Below, one piece after another: positions 38,429-48,346 of a stretch of DNA of 64,000 nt. The notes below the pieces were generated by a model, which was not told the origin of the DNA, did no database searches, and saw nothing but the letters and a program-made list of their open reading frames with translations. The number at the start of each line of letters is the position of its first letter. Position 1 is the first letter of the stretch. The DNA lies in contig CAZSNS010000001.1 in assembly GCA_964608515.1 (NCBI GenBank), forward strand, positions 15,210-79,209, written 5' to 3'. Origin of the DNA: Candidatus Hadarchaeota archaeon (GTDB lineage Archaea; Hadarchaeota; Hadarchaeia; Hadarchaeales; JAGGTB01). A program made the translations under genes and the position numbers.

Positions 38429-41392
38429 CTAAGATTTTCTGACAAGGTAAAGCTTTCCATCCTTCTCCTTTACCCCGACTACATTCTCCCCACCCAGTTC
38501 TCTAATCGTAGACCTAACGGATTTCATAGCTTGTCTGAGAGGCATTTTCGTCTTTATCCCTGCCTGTTTTTTCCCTGATTTTAAGAACTTTTTAATAGTG
38601 GTAGCCCATTTCTTCTTCCTATCCATTTTTTTACCTCCCTTAGTACTTCTTTCCTTTTTCGCTTCGCTTCCGCCGCCGAGTTCTAACCAGCCGGTAAATA
38701 TTAACAGAGCGAAAACAACGGCTATAGCCCCTGCTGCTATTCCTCCAATAAGGAACCAATTAAGCCCTGTTCCCTCTTTGTATGTCATGTTTTCTTTTGC
38801 TTCATCGGAAAGATTTGAATAAAGTTCGTTTTTCTCGTCTTCTTTTAGAGTTTCTGATTCGAATATTTCGTCTTTAGTTGTGCTTGATAGTTTTTTGAAA
38901 ATTTCGTCCAGTTCTTCAAATTTTTCTTGTGTTATTAGAGCTCTTACCGTTCTCACGGTTTCTTCTGTAGTCATTGAGCTGAGTAAATCCGCGGCTTTTG
39001 CGGGGGTTTCCGGTAATCCTGAAACTTCTAAAATGATGTCCACTCTTGTTGGAATGTTCATAGCTGTAAGTATTTCCCCAGCCAAGGGGCTGTTAATTGT
39101 CACTGCTTCCTCCATTACTCTTGCGGCGGGGTTGATATCAGCATCTGCTAGACTAGTTGCTGCTTCTTCTGCGTCAGCTTGGAGAATCATATTTGCTAAG
39201 GCGTTTGTTTGTTCTGCTTCTACTCCGTTGTTGATGAGTTGTGTTAATGTGCCCATCGTGAACTGGGCTGTTTCGGTAGACCAGCTTCCCCAAGTGTCGT
39301 TGGCGTAGTATCTCGTCCGCCAATGGTAGGTCTGTTCGGCTTCAAGACTGTCTCCGCCGTATACTATTTCGTACCTATCGTCAGGCGTTACTGATATGTT
39401 TTGCTCGGTATAATCCCACATTTCAGCACCATTTTCACTTGTGCCCACTTGGATTTGTATCCTACTTGCTGAGGTATCATTCGGAACAACATATTTTGAA
39501 GATAAAGTCGGTTTTGGAACTTTGACACTTGATGGATTTTCCACCCCTTCCGTTTCGAGATTTTCCGGTGGGAGTGGCGGTCTTGTAGGTGGGATAACTT
39601 TTACATTTGTTGTCTTGTAATCTGAATCGGGAATTGAGTCATTTGAAACTTTTAGCTTAACTTTAACTGTTACAGGATTATTCACTTGTTCAGGGGCGTG
39701 GAATTTGCAATTTATACTATTTTCTTTGGTTAATTTCGCTTCGTTTGTAGGATCTTCTGTAATACTCCAATTATATCTTTTTATATCTCCACTGCTTTGA
39801 GTTCCGTCAAGAGTTAGACTCTGATCTTCCAAAACCTCATAAGGACCGTTGGGTCTAGCGACGAGAGCATCTTTTATTATTACTTCGAAAGTCTCTGAAC
39901 TACTATCATTCTCCCCATCGGTAACAGTTAATTTTAACTCCACTGTTTTGTCGTTTTCTAATCCGTCTAGAGCGTGAAATGCTGGAGTAGGGGAATTATC
40001 ACTAGTTAAGTACGCTTCTCCCGTGGGGTCTTCGATAATTTTCCACTTAAAACTTAGATCATCCCCCTCACTATTTGTTCCATCAAGAGAAATACTCTGA
40101 TTTTCAACCACTTTATAAGGACCGTCAGGTTCGGCGACTACCCTATTTTTAACCTTTACTTCTGTGGCTTTTGAGTGAGCTTTATCGTTTTCATCCGAAA
40201 CTGTCAACTCTACAGTTACCCGTTGCGAGGTTTTGACGCTACCTTCCGCCAGAAAAGTAGGAGTGTCAGTATCTGCTTCCACTAACCGAGCCCCTCCAGT
40301 CGGATCATCCGTTATACCCCATTCATAATTATCAATATAACCGCTACTATCTGCCCCATCAAGAGGAACACTTCCACCCTCCACCACTCTATACGGACCA
40401 TCTGGCCTGGCTTGGAGCTTGTCCCTCACCTTTATTTTGACAATTTCACTATCCGATTCACCATCTTGAGAAACACGCAGTCTGACCTTGATTGTCTTGT
40501 CTTCATTCACCTCTTCGGGGGCAAAAAACCTAGCGTTTTCCTTATCCGCCATATCAATGTCCGCATTGTCCGTAGGGTCATATGCTCTCGTCCAGAAATA
40601 ATTATCGATTTCACCACCATCAGCACCACTACTTTCACCTCCCTTTAACAGAATATTTTCATTTTCACCCATAGAATCAGCAACATCAGGTTTAGCTACC
40701 AACTGATCTTTTATTTCGACTTTTGTAGTTTCCGAGTCCACATGTGTTCCATTATCTACGACGAGTCTAACTTTTACATTTCCATCCTCTGTAACCATTG
40801 GAGCTTGTAATTTAGGATTCGTTTCACTCTTGCTAGAAAATTGAACATTATCGGACCCCGCTTCCTTAGAAAAGTTTTTCTCTTTAAAAGTCCAAGTATA
40901 TTCAAGCCCATTTCCTCCTCCGCTACTATCCTCTCCATATAACGTAACATTATCTCCTTCCACAACCTCATAAGGTCCATTAGGGCGAGATAAAAGCTCG
41001 TCTTTTATTTTAACGGTGGTTTTATCCTCATCCATCACATCGTTTTCATTCCAAACTTTCAATTTTACAGTTACTTCTCTGTTTCCATCAACCTCTTTAG
41101 GGGGAAGAAAGGTTGGTGTTAGAGTACTTTCTCCATCTAAATCAGAACCATAATCCTCCCCGTCGATTTTCCAAACAATCCCATCTTCCACGTAATTTTC
41201 AGATCCTGTCCCGGAGAGCGTTACTGTCTCATCGATTTTATCAGGATTTTCACCTTCACTAACATAATAAGTATCCTTGTCAATTTCAGCGTGCGGACTC
41301 CCCGCTAAGGCAACGGGGATCTGAAGTGATAAAATTATAAGTATGACTAGGGTTATGACGACTGTCAGTTTTGCTGGGGGAGATTTATTCAA
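38429..41392 (-). CDS. PKD/Ig-like repeat type I membrane protein with basic cytoplasmic tail
   Basis: 987 aa. Sec signal 'LSLQIPVALA|GSP'. Six ~95-aa repeats ('[AS]RP[DN]GPY.VVE...L.G..S.G....Y.W.I'). An FN3-like domain ('YHWRTRYYANDTWGSWS'), a helical region, TM 'WFLIGGIAAGAIAVVFALLIF', and a Lys-rich tail. Confidence 0.85.
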   Translation of the reverse strand: MNKSPPAKLTVVITLVILIILSLQIPVALAGSPHAEIDKDTYYVSEGENPDKIDETVTLSGTGSENYVEDGIVWKIDGEDYGSDLDGESTLTPTFLPPKEVDGNREVTVKLKVWNENDVMDEDKTTVKIKDELLSRPNGPYEVVEGDNVTLYGEDSSGGGNGLEYTWTFKEKNFSKEAGSDNVQFSSKSETNPKLQAPMVTEDGNVKVRLVVDNGTHVDSETTKVEIKDQLVAKPDVADSMGENENILLKGGESSGADGGEIDNYFWTRAYDPTDNADIDMADKENARFFAPEEVNEDKTIKVRLRVSQDGESDSEIVKIKVRDKLQARPDGPYRVVEGGSVPLDGADSSGYIDNYEWGITDDPTGGARLVEADTDTPTFLAEGSVKTSQRVTVELTVSDENDKAHSKATEVKVKNRVVAEPDGPYKVVENQSISLDGTNSEGDDLSFKWKIIEDPTGEAYLTSDNSPTPAFHALDGLENDKTVELKLTVTDGENDSSSETFEVIIKDALVARPNGPYEVLEDQSLTLDGTQSSGDIKRYNWSITEDPTNEAKLTKENSINCKFHAPEQVNNPVTVKVKLKVSNDSIPDSDYKTTNVKVIPPTRPPLPPENLETEGVENPSSVKVPKPTLSSKYVVPNDTSASRIQIQVGTSENGAEMWDYTEQNISVTPDDRYEIVYGGDSLEAEQTYHWRTRYYANDTWGSWSTETAQFTMGTLTQLINNGVEAEQTNALANMILQADAEEAATSLADADINPAARVMEEAVTINSPLAGEILTAMNIPTRVDIILEVSGLPETPAKAADLLSSMTTEETVRTVRALITQEKFEELDEIFKKLSSTTKDEIFESETLKEDEKNELYSNLSDEAKENMTYKEGTGLNWFLIGGIAAGAIAVVFALLIFTGWLELGGGSEAKKERSTKGGKKMDRKKKWATTIKKFLKSGKKQAGIKTKMPLRQAMKSVRSTIRELGGENVVGVKEKDGKLYLVRKS

Positions 41393-41566
41393 TTGATTGA
41401 TTCCCTCCTTTATTTAAGCCCCCAGATAAGCTCTGGTTGGTTATCTTTAGGCTGTTTATATTTTGTCCGCGGTTGAAAAATAAAAAGTACCGATGCAAAT
41501 ACCAAGAATGATAACAGACTAGTTTTCCCAATCTTAGATTAAGCAACTTTACTCAACCTCAAATGT

Positions 41567-42091
41567 TTAGAAATATGGTCCTATTTGGGAATCTCCTTTT
41601 TTCTCCCGATCATTTTTACGTGCGGTTTGTGAAGATGTGGTTTTGTTAGCTTTTTGTCTTAGTAGGAAAGTTAGTTTTAGTAGTGTTACCAGGGTCGTAA
41701 ATTTGGTGAAAAAGTTTTCATCTTTTCCCCTCAACATTTCTCTTATTATTTTTTCTGATGCGATGTTTTTTTCTTCTATTTTTTTTCCTATTTCTTTCAA
41801 AACTTCGATGCTTGGTATGTCGGCTTGGGTTGATCCGTCCACTAAGATTTTCACTTTTTCGGGGGATGTTACTATAAACTCTAAGGTTTCTTCTAAGTCT
41901 CCGGAAGACATTTTTATTGAAGTTTCTTGAATATCCAGAGTTAAACCAAAATCTGTTTCAGACATTATCATGTTCCCGATCATAACTTCCGACCAGGAAA
42001 TTTTTTCATTTTTCACTTTGGGATTTCTTTCACCTTCAAGAGATAATTCACTCATTTCCACGTTTCCCTCCGGGTCATCAGTTTTCCCCAT
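41567..42091 (-). CDS. Hypothetical protein downstream of archaellin 1 (paralogue of 60176..60583)
   Basis: 174 aa. Shares 'KV.ILVDGS / RVKLLPDSS' and 'E[KR]..I.S.E....L.GK[DE]N.F......L.T.LK' with the ORF downstream of archaellin 2. Confidence 0.5.
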   Translation of the reverse strand: MGKTDDPEGNVEMSELSLEGERNPKVKNEKISWSEVMIGNMIMSETDFGLTLDIQETSIKMSSGDLEETLEFIVTSPEKVKILVDGSTQADIPSIEVLKEIGKKIEEKNIASEKIIREMLRGKDENFFTKFTTLVTLLKLTFLLRQKANKTTSSQTARKNDREKKGDSQIGPYF

Positions 42092-42285
42092 ATTTTTCCT
42101 CTGTCAATCTCTTATTCTAGAAATTTTATCTTAAAAAAGCCTCGTTAAGATTATTGAAAATCATAATAACTAATAATATGAAAAAAAATCCCTAAAAAAT
42201 ATCAAAAACAAATTAAGGTACTAAAAAATTATAAAATTTACTTTAAAACAAAAATAAAGTCTTAAACTCAATAAAAGAAGGTGAG

Positions 42286-42325
42286 CGGGGGATTTTTACC
42301 CCCCCTAAAAAAATAAAAAAATTCC
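42286..42325 (-). terminator. Oligo-T tract plus G/C hairpin downstream of archaellin 1
   Basis: Minus strand after the TAA reads TTTTTTATTTTTTTA-GGGGGGG-TAAAAAT-CCCCC. Confidence 0.4.
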
Positions 42326-42337
42326 AAATAACGGAGT

Positions 42338-42997
42338 TTAAAGCTTTGTCACTTGTGTGTCTTCTAGTGCCGGAGGTACTAGCAGTGTTAATTGTGTATC
42401 AATACCTACTTGAGGCATCAATGTCAGTTTGACTTCCTCGTCCGCTGTTAAATTATTTCCCTTTTCATCTTCGATATTCTCTGTGTTGATCCATATGGAT
42501 GCTTTGGATCCAGTTTTTCCTAGCATGTAAGAGTCTCCTTCTTGATTGAATTTAACCACGTTATACTCATTGTCTTGTAACAGGTTCGCATTCCCGTGGT
42601 CTCCAGGTTGGATGCCGACTCCGCTCGTATAAGCGTCTTTGAGCTGTAGTATTCGTGTGACTCCAGACTCTTCGGACATGTATTGTATTGCAACTTCATT
42701 GAAGTTAACTCCTGAGCTTCCTGCTCTTAGCGAGACTACGATTTGTACGTTATCGATTTCGTTTTCGTTTTTTATGTAACCTTTCGTGTCTATGACTTTT
42801 AGTCCGTTTGATACTTCTCTGATGGCTTCTTCTCCTGTTTTTCGTGCTTGTTCTCGTAAAGCTCCGCTGGTTCGTATGATTACTCCAGCCGCTACGGAGG
42901 CTACCAGAATTAGGGCTATGAAGATAATCAACGTACCGATACCGACAAGCCCACGCTCATCGTCGGTAAAGCTTTTTGCTTCTGTAGTTGTTTGCAT
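42338..42997 (-). CDS. arlB: Archaellin (FlaB/ArlB) copy 1
   Basis: 'DDERG|LVGIGTLIIFIALILVASVAAGVIIRTSGALREQARKTGEEA' is a haloarchaeal-type archaellin N-terminus. 219 aa. Confidence 0.9.
   Translation of the reverse strand: MQTTTEAKSFTDDERGLVGIGTLIIFIALILVASVAAGVIIRTSGALREQARKTGEEAIREVSNGLKVIDTKGYIKNENEIDNVQIVVSLRAGSSGVNFNEVAIQYMSEESGVTRILQLKDAYTSGVGIQPGDHGNANLLQDNEYNVVKFNQEGDSYMLGKTGSKASIWINTENIEDEKGNNLTADEEVKLTLMPQVGIDTQLTLLVPPALEDTQVTKL
42710..42964 (-). repeat. Inverted repeat arm A (archaellin 5' coding segment)
   Basis: The reverse complement equals 59447-59701 with one mismatch (42950/59461); 240 bp is perfect. Confidence 0.9.
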
Positions 42998-43313
42998 GCT
43001 TTCATCTCACCTCCGTTAGTTCTCATTTCATAGTCTATTTCTGCGATAAAAATACTAAAAAGGCTTCTATACTATTATCATGTTCTGATTATCAGTTTTT
43101 GTAAACAAAATAACCTTTTCTGTACTTATTTTTTAAAAAAAGGGCTAAAAATGTTTATATTTTTATCAAAAGTGATTATCATTCTTGATATTTACTTTTT
43201 CGATGTTTTTAATCTTTTATTTTTCAGTAAAATCAGTCAAAATTTTAAGTTTATCATTGATAATCATTTAGTTTGGGAAGAATATAATTTCGAACGATTT
43301 GAGTTGAGAAAAA

Positions 43314-44111
43314 ATGAAAAGAATGCCGACTGGCATGAATGTTTTAGATAAGGAGATGGGAGGTGGAGTTCCTAGAGGGTCTTTTAATTTGCTTTACGGG
43401 AAAACAGGAACTAGAAAAAGTGAGTTTGCTCATACGATCGCATATAATTGTATAACAATTGAACAAGACCCGAGTATGGCTCAAAATTTGGATGGTCTTG
43501 TTCTACCACGAAAGATTTGGTATACTGTTTTTGAAGGAAATAGGGAAGATATATTACGAAATGTTAAAGGTACTTTCTCTGAAGAGTTTTATGATAAGTT
43601 TTCAAATAATGTTTCTTTTAAAATTTTTAAGATGGCTGAACCTGTGTCGGACTTACCAGGGTGGATGACTCCCTCCAGTGGTGAGACTGGAGAAAGTTTG
43701 GAGAGAAGAAAAAAAGTTATTTCTAAATTAATAGAATTTCTTCAGGAGAATCTGGATTCAAATCTGGTTTTTTTACATTATTTTACAGATATGGTTAGGA
43801 TTTTTGAAGGGGATATTGAAACTGATATAACTGCATTTCTTCAATTTATTCAGAGGTTATGTAGGAAACAAAATGGAGTTATATTCGCTCCTCTTACTAG
43901 AGATATTGCATCTCGTGATTTGGAAGAATCGGTAATTTCTAGTTCGGATGGAGTTTTTGAATTTGAAACTAGCGGGAAGGAGTTAAGAAAAAGGCAAAAT
44001 ATTATGCATGTTAGAAAATGTCAAGGGGTTCCTTCAGATCTTAATGAACCATTTAGAGTGGATCGCACCTCTTCAGGTATAGAACTTGAAAGAGTTAGAA
44101 CTCTAATGTGA
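43314..44111 (+). CDS. KaiC/RecA-superfamily ArlH-like protein with degenerate Walker A
   Basis: 'TGMNVLDKEMGGGVPRGSFNLLYGKTGTRKSEFAH' parallels ArlH 'LNRKLGGGIPVGSIVLLEGEDGSGKSAFSQ'. The P-loop reads GKTGTRKS, with Arg where the conserved Gly is expected. Confidence 0.6.
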   Translation: MKRMPTGMNVLDKEMGGGVPRGSFNLLYGKTGTRKSEFAHTIAYNCITIEQDPSMAQNLDGLVLPRKIWYTVFEGNREDILRNVKGTFSEEFYDKFSNNVSFKIFKMAEPVSDLPGWMTPSSGETGESLERRKKVISKLIEFLQENLDSNLVFLHYFTDMVRIFEGDIETDITAFLQFIQRLCRKQNGVIFAPLTRDIASRDLEESVISSSDGVFEFETSGKELRKRQNIMHVRKCQGVPSDLNEPFRVDRTSSGIELERVRTLM

Positions 44112-44150
44112 AAGTTTATATTTGTGATTAAGTTTTTGGAAGTTATAAGA

Positions 44151-44915
44151 ATGCAAATATTAAGGGATGATCGTGGAATTTCGGTCGTGGTGGGTACATT
44201 ACTTGTTATATCCATCATCCTTGCTGCGTTTGCTGCTATATATCCGGCATATTCTCGAGTGAGTGTATATTCTTCTGAAGCCGATCATATGCAAGAAATA
44301 GCTAATAGTTTTATAGATATTCAAACTGAAGTTGAGCGAATTTCGGAGGGGGAGACGAGATCTTTTAATATAAGTATGGCAGCTGAAATACCTCCTCTTG
44401 TGAGTTATTCTAAGAGCGGTGGGGTTCTCTCATCTAAAGATATAGATTATGGGTATTTGGAGTTTGCTGCTAACAACTTTTTCTATTCTGACCAGACTTA
44501 TATTTATGAAAGCGGTGCGGTAGTCGTAAGTGAAAATAATTCTTGGATGAGGTCCAGTCCTACATTAATATATATTGAGAATTTGACTGGAAATAATATT
44601 TTTGTTAAGGTAAGTAAGATCCAGATTCAAGGAGATGATTCGACCGTTAGTGGTTCCGGTTCTTACAAAGTGGAAATTACCTGTGAAGACTATATTAATA
44701 AACCAATTAGAATAGTTTCTAAAGTTGAAGAAAATTTTTCAAAATACACACATCGTAAGACGACGGAAGCTTGGGAAAACTATCTGGAAGTTAGAAAAGA
44801 CGAACTTACACAAGAAGGATATGATGTGCAGGCAGATGGACTAAAATTGACTATTAATTCAGATGGATTAATATGGTATCGGGAAACTATAAAGAAAATC
44901 TCCATCAAAATCTAA
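44151..44915 (+). CDS. Pilin-like (class III signal) protein, the short paralogue of the giant protein's core
   Basis: The ATG at 44151 gives 'MQILRDDRG|ISVVVGTLLVISIILAAFAAIY' (the track starts at GTG 44124). Its full length aligns with three separated pieces of the giant ORF. Confidence 0.7.
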   Translation: MQILRDDRGISVVVGTLLVISIILAAFAAIYPAYSRVSVYSSEADHMQEIANSFIDIQTEVERISEGETRSFNISMAAEIPPLVSYSKSGGVLSSKDIDYGYLEFAANNFFYSDQTYIYESGAVVVSENNSWMRSSPTLIYIENLTGNNIFVKVSKIQIQGDDSTVSGSGSYKVEITCEDYINKPIRIVSKVEENFSKYTHRKTTEAWENYLEVRKDELTQEGYDVQADGLKLTINSDGLIWYRETIKKISIKI

Positions 44916-44937
44916 TTTTTAATACGGTTCTGAAGTT

Positions 44938-46623
44938 TTAGAGTAGTAAGAATCCACCCAATACATCTTTCACTAAATATGCTACTATTACTCCCACCCA
45001 TGATAGAAAAACGACATGTGCGTAGGATCCGACTTCGTTCCCACCCCTTATTGAGGTTATGTAATAAGATGCTAGGAATGCGTTCGTGAATATTATTATT
45101 ACTAAGAGGAAGTTTATCGCAGGTAGATCGTAAACTTGTGTGTGAAATGCTCCGGCGATTTGACCGGGTTGTACTAGTGATAATACCATTCTTATCATTT
45201 CTTCTCCGAATTTGAACCCTATGAAGATCGTAGCGACAGCGGCTATCGTTATTGTATAAAGAACACCGGTTAGTCCGTTTCCAAACCCGTCTCTTCTTTG
45301 CCGAAGTCTGGAGATTCGTTTGAAGTTTTCGGTAACTATGTCCCCCATTTTTTTGGGTTCACCCCCTTCGGTAGTCCCTTCGAAATACATATCATTAAAC
45401 CTGGAGATAAGATAACTACCCGTGTCCGCTGAGAAGAAGTCCCAAGCTAGTTTTTCTTCAGCTCTCATTCTCAACCTTTTATACAAATCCTTTATATTGG
45501 AGGTGAGAGCTCCGAAATCCTTGTCCTTAAGCGTTTCCAAAACATTTACAGTATTTGCATCTCTGGCCGACGCTGATGTTGAAAGTGTTCGTATAAAACC
45601 GGGATAGTTATTATCTCTTCTCTGGATTTTGTTTTCCTCTTGCCAGGTTAACAGTCCAGGAATCGCCAACGGTGTAAGAGGTATTGCTAACCAAAACGAG
45701 ATTGGCAAAGATAATTGAGGTATTATCTCGAAAAATATTTGACCCACAACAAAACCGCTAAGGCCGAAAAATAGTATTATTGAGATGATTTGTGCTCGTC
45801 CTAGGTAATCAAAACGGTCGGTTTTTCCTTTTGCTTCCGTCCAAATCGGATCCTCTGGGACTGTAACTTTTGTAGCGAGGATGAATCCGATTTCTGCTGC
45901 TGCGAAAATTCCTGCTGAGGCACCTACTAGGAGGAGTGGGTTTAAGCCGGTGAGGAACGGGACTATTAGACTGAATAGTATGATGAACACTATTCCGATT
46001 ATCATTGAGATGAATAAGTCTCGATAGTCTTGAAGACCTGTTATTGAGTCTTCATACATAGCTTCATAATCGGAAATCACGACTTCTTGTTCATCGAGTA
46101 GAAAGTCTCTTACATCTTCTCCGGCTGTGGCGGTTCTTCCGAGCCTGTCCAGAAAGTCGGCAAGTATTTCGCTTGGGGTTCGCTCTGAGATGTAATGGCA
46201 AGCCTCCTCCAGACTTCTGTTCCACGTATCCACCAATTCTACTACTTTTCCGATTTCTTCAGCTAGCGCCCCGTATTTATCCTCTTGGTTCGCTAATGAT
46301 CTAAAAATTTCAAGCCTACTAATGTCGGCAGTTGCCAAAACACCAGCATGCGTGATAAACAAGTGAATATTTTGCTCAATTTCTCTCTTTCTGTTATCCG
46401 CCCAGATTTTAGGATAAAAAATCCCGATTACAGGGAAGAAAACACTCATCACATAAAGTAAATATTTCGTAGGTCCGAGGAGGTCAGAGAAAAGGATTGA
46501 TATTATTATTGCGACTATTCCCATGGCGAGGAAGGGTATTATTAGTTTTGATAAGTACTCGCCTAGAGAGTAACCCATTAATTTGTATGCTCTTCTCCAG
46601 TTCCTTCTGTCTTCTTCAGGCAT
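44938..46623 (-). CDS. arlJ: Archaellum platform protein ArlJ (FlaJ)
   Basis: 561 aa, polytopic, with two T2SS-F-like halves. Last gene of the arl operon. Confidence 0.85.
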   Translation of the reverse strand: MPEEDRRNWRRAYKLMGYSLGEYLSKLIIPFLAMGIVAIIISILFSDLLGPTKYLLYVMSVFFPVIGIFYPKIWADNRKREIEQNIHLFITHAGVLATADISRLEIFRSLANQEDKYGALAEEIGKVVELVDTWNRSLEEACHYISERTPSEILADFLDRLGRTATAGEDVRDFLLDEQEVVISDYEAMYEDSITGLQDYRDLFISMIIGIVFIILFSLIVPFLTGLNPLLLVGASAGIFAAAEIGFILATKVTVPEDPIWTEAKGKTDRFDYLGRAQIISIILFFGLSGFVVGQIFFEIIPQLSLPISFWLAIPLTPLAIPGLLTWQEENKIQRRDNNYPGFIRTLSTSASARDANTVNVLETLKDKDFGALTSNIKDLYKRLRMRAEEKLAWDFFSADTGSYLISRFNDMYFEGTTEGGEPKKMGDIVTENFKRISRLRQRRDGFGNGLTGVLYTITIAAVATIFIGFKFGEEMIRMVLSLVQPGQIAGAFHTQVYDLPAINFLLVIIIFTNAFLASYYITSIRGGNEVGSYAHVVFLSWVGVIVAYLVKDVLGGFLLL

Positions 46624-46632
46624 TTCTAATCA

Positions 46633-48330
46633 CTAAATTGAGAATGGTAATCCTTCTTCTCCTTCACGTTGATAAGCTCTTATTACGTCGACGACTTCAT
46701 GATAGTCCAAAATGTTTTTGGTGATGGCTTTCTTGATTACCCAAGCTCTCTTATCTATCTCTTCATAAATGTCTCGAGGATCTTCATAACCAAGGGTGGT
46801 TGCTACTTTAGTTTCGAGAATATACGAGTTATTCTCCCCAGTAAAGGTAAGCTTATCTTTCGCAGGATCTCTACTGAAAACTTGTCTCGTGAGGATTCCG
46901 CCAGCCTCATCCGAATAACCCTCAATTTCTCTAACTTCAGTGACTCTTCTCAACTCTTTATTTTCCGTTTTGATAAAGTTTTGAAACACACAAATATTCA
47001 GATTACCGAAGAAAGTCTCCGGAACATTTAGAGGATCCCCTGTGAAACGATGAATTAACGCTACAATATTACCAGCATGGAAGGTGAACAAGGTAGGATG
47101 ACCCGTCTGCATAGCTTGGAAAACGTTGAAAGCCTCTTTTCCTCTGACCTCCCCAATCAAAATATAATCGGGTCTTGACCTTAACGATGCTTTCACCAGA
47201 TCGAAAACAGAAACCTCCCCTCCACTTTCGCTACTACTTTCTCTCGCTATGAGCCTCTGCCATGCTTTATGAGGAATTTTCAATTCAGGTGTTTCCTCAG
47301 CAGTGTAAATTTTGGACCCCCCTCGGATAAAAGCAGATATTGCATTCAACGTCGTAGTTTTCCCTGCAGCTGTTTCCCCAGCAATACATCCAGAAACATT
47401 ACTTTCCAAACATAACCAGAGATAAGCAGCCAGTTCAGCACTCATAGTCCCCCATTTTACAATTTCAAAAATAGATGGAGGAGTTTCTTCGAACTGTCGA
47501 ATAGTTACGCTCGGCCCTCGAACAGACACGTCGTCAGGATAAATGATGTTAAGTCTTGAACTATCTGGCAAAACAGAGTCTAGAATTGGATTTTTATCAC
47601 TAACTCTATCTCCGACTCTTTTTGCTAAAATGTTTAACAATTCTTTATATTCTTCTTCGTCCCCAAACTCAATATTAGTCCGCATCAACCTGAAACGTTT
47701 ATTAAAAACATAAACCCTATTTGGACCTACAATATGGATATCTTCATTAGTCATATCCTTCAGCAAAGGCTCCAACGGTCCTAGGCCGGCAATGTCTCTT
47801 TTAAGCTTATATAAGATTTTTTCGTATAACGCTGGTGAGATTTGGAATTCTTTATCGCTATTACTTAGTTTGTCAAGTATTCCTCCTTCGCTCTCCCCTT
47901 TCTCAACTATTCTCTCATAGATTTCTTCCAATCTTTTTTCATATTCTTCTTCTTTTTCAACAGGAGGAAATTCATCCGCATTTGCTACAATTCTCTCTCT
48001 GATATTCTGGTAAAGCTGTGTTTCCTCCTCATCGAGATTTGGTTCCACAACAAAGTATCTGTTAGTATCTTCGGGCTTAGCATAAACATGAGAAAACAAA
48101 GGACCTTCAGTGTTATAAATCGCGTTTGCTTTACTTATTTCAGAGATACTATGAGTTTCAGGCTTCTCCACAAGTTCCGGATAAACTCCATATTCTTTTT
48201 TAAATTCCGCTAAATGTTGTTTAAGATGAGAATATTTATCAGCTAATTCCTTTAACTCTTTATCAACCGTACTTTTTCCTAGCAATCCCTCTCTTAGAAT
48301 ACTTCTTCCGTCCGATCTAGCCGTGCTCAT
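46633..48330 (-). CDS. arlI: Archaellum ATPase ArlI (FlaI), copy 2
   Basis: 565 aa. Walker A 'GETAAGKTTT', Walker B 'ILIGEVRG', 'TGHPTLFTFHAG'. Confidence 0.9.
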   Translation of the reverse strand: MSTARSDGRSILREGLLGKSTVDKELKELADKYSHLKQHLAEFKKEYGVYPELVEKPETHSISEISKANAIYNTEGPLFSHVYAKPEDTNRYFVVEPNLDEEETQLYQNIRERIVANADEFPPVEKEEEYEKRLEEIYERIVEKGESEGGILDKLSNSDKEFQISPALYEKILYKLKRDIAGLGPLEPLLKDMTNEDIHIVGPNRVYVFNKRFRLMRTNIEFGDEEEYKELLNILAKRVGDRVSDKNPILDSVLPDSSRLNIIYPDDVSVRGPSVTIRQFEETPPSIFEIVKWGTMSAELAAYLWLCLESNVSGCIAGETAAGKTTTLNAISAFIRGGSKIYTAEETPELKIPHKAWQRLIARESSSESGGEVSVFDLVKASLRSRPDYILIGEVRGKEAFNVFQAMQTGHPTLFTFHAGNIVALIHRFTGDPLNVPETFFGNLNICVFQNFIKTENKELRRVTEVREIEGYSDEAGGILTRQVFSRDPAKDKLTFTGENNSYILETKVATTLGYEDPRDIYEEIDKRAWVIKKAITKNILDYHEVVDVIRAYQREGEEGLPFSI

Positions 48331-48346
48331 TCTAAATCACCTCTTA

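Noticed and set aside
43151-43351. A 66-aa ORF in the archaellin 1 / 43314 intergenic region. Similar AT-rich intergenic ORFs occur at 52592..52792 and 56992..57174.
   Set aside because: They have F/I/L/K-rich composition typical of translated AT-rich promoter DNA. They overlap neighbouring gene starts and have no SD.
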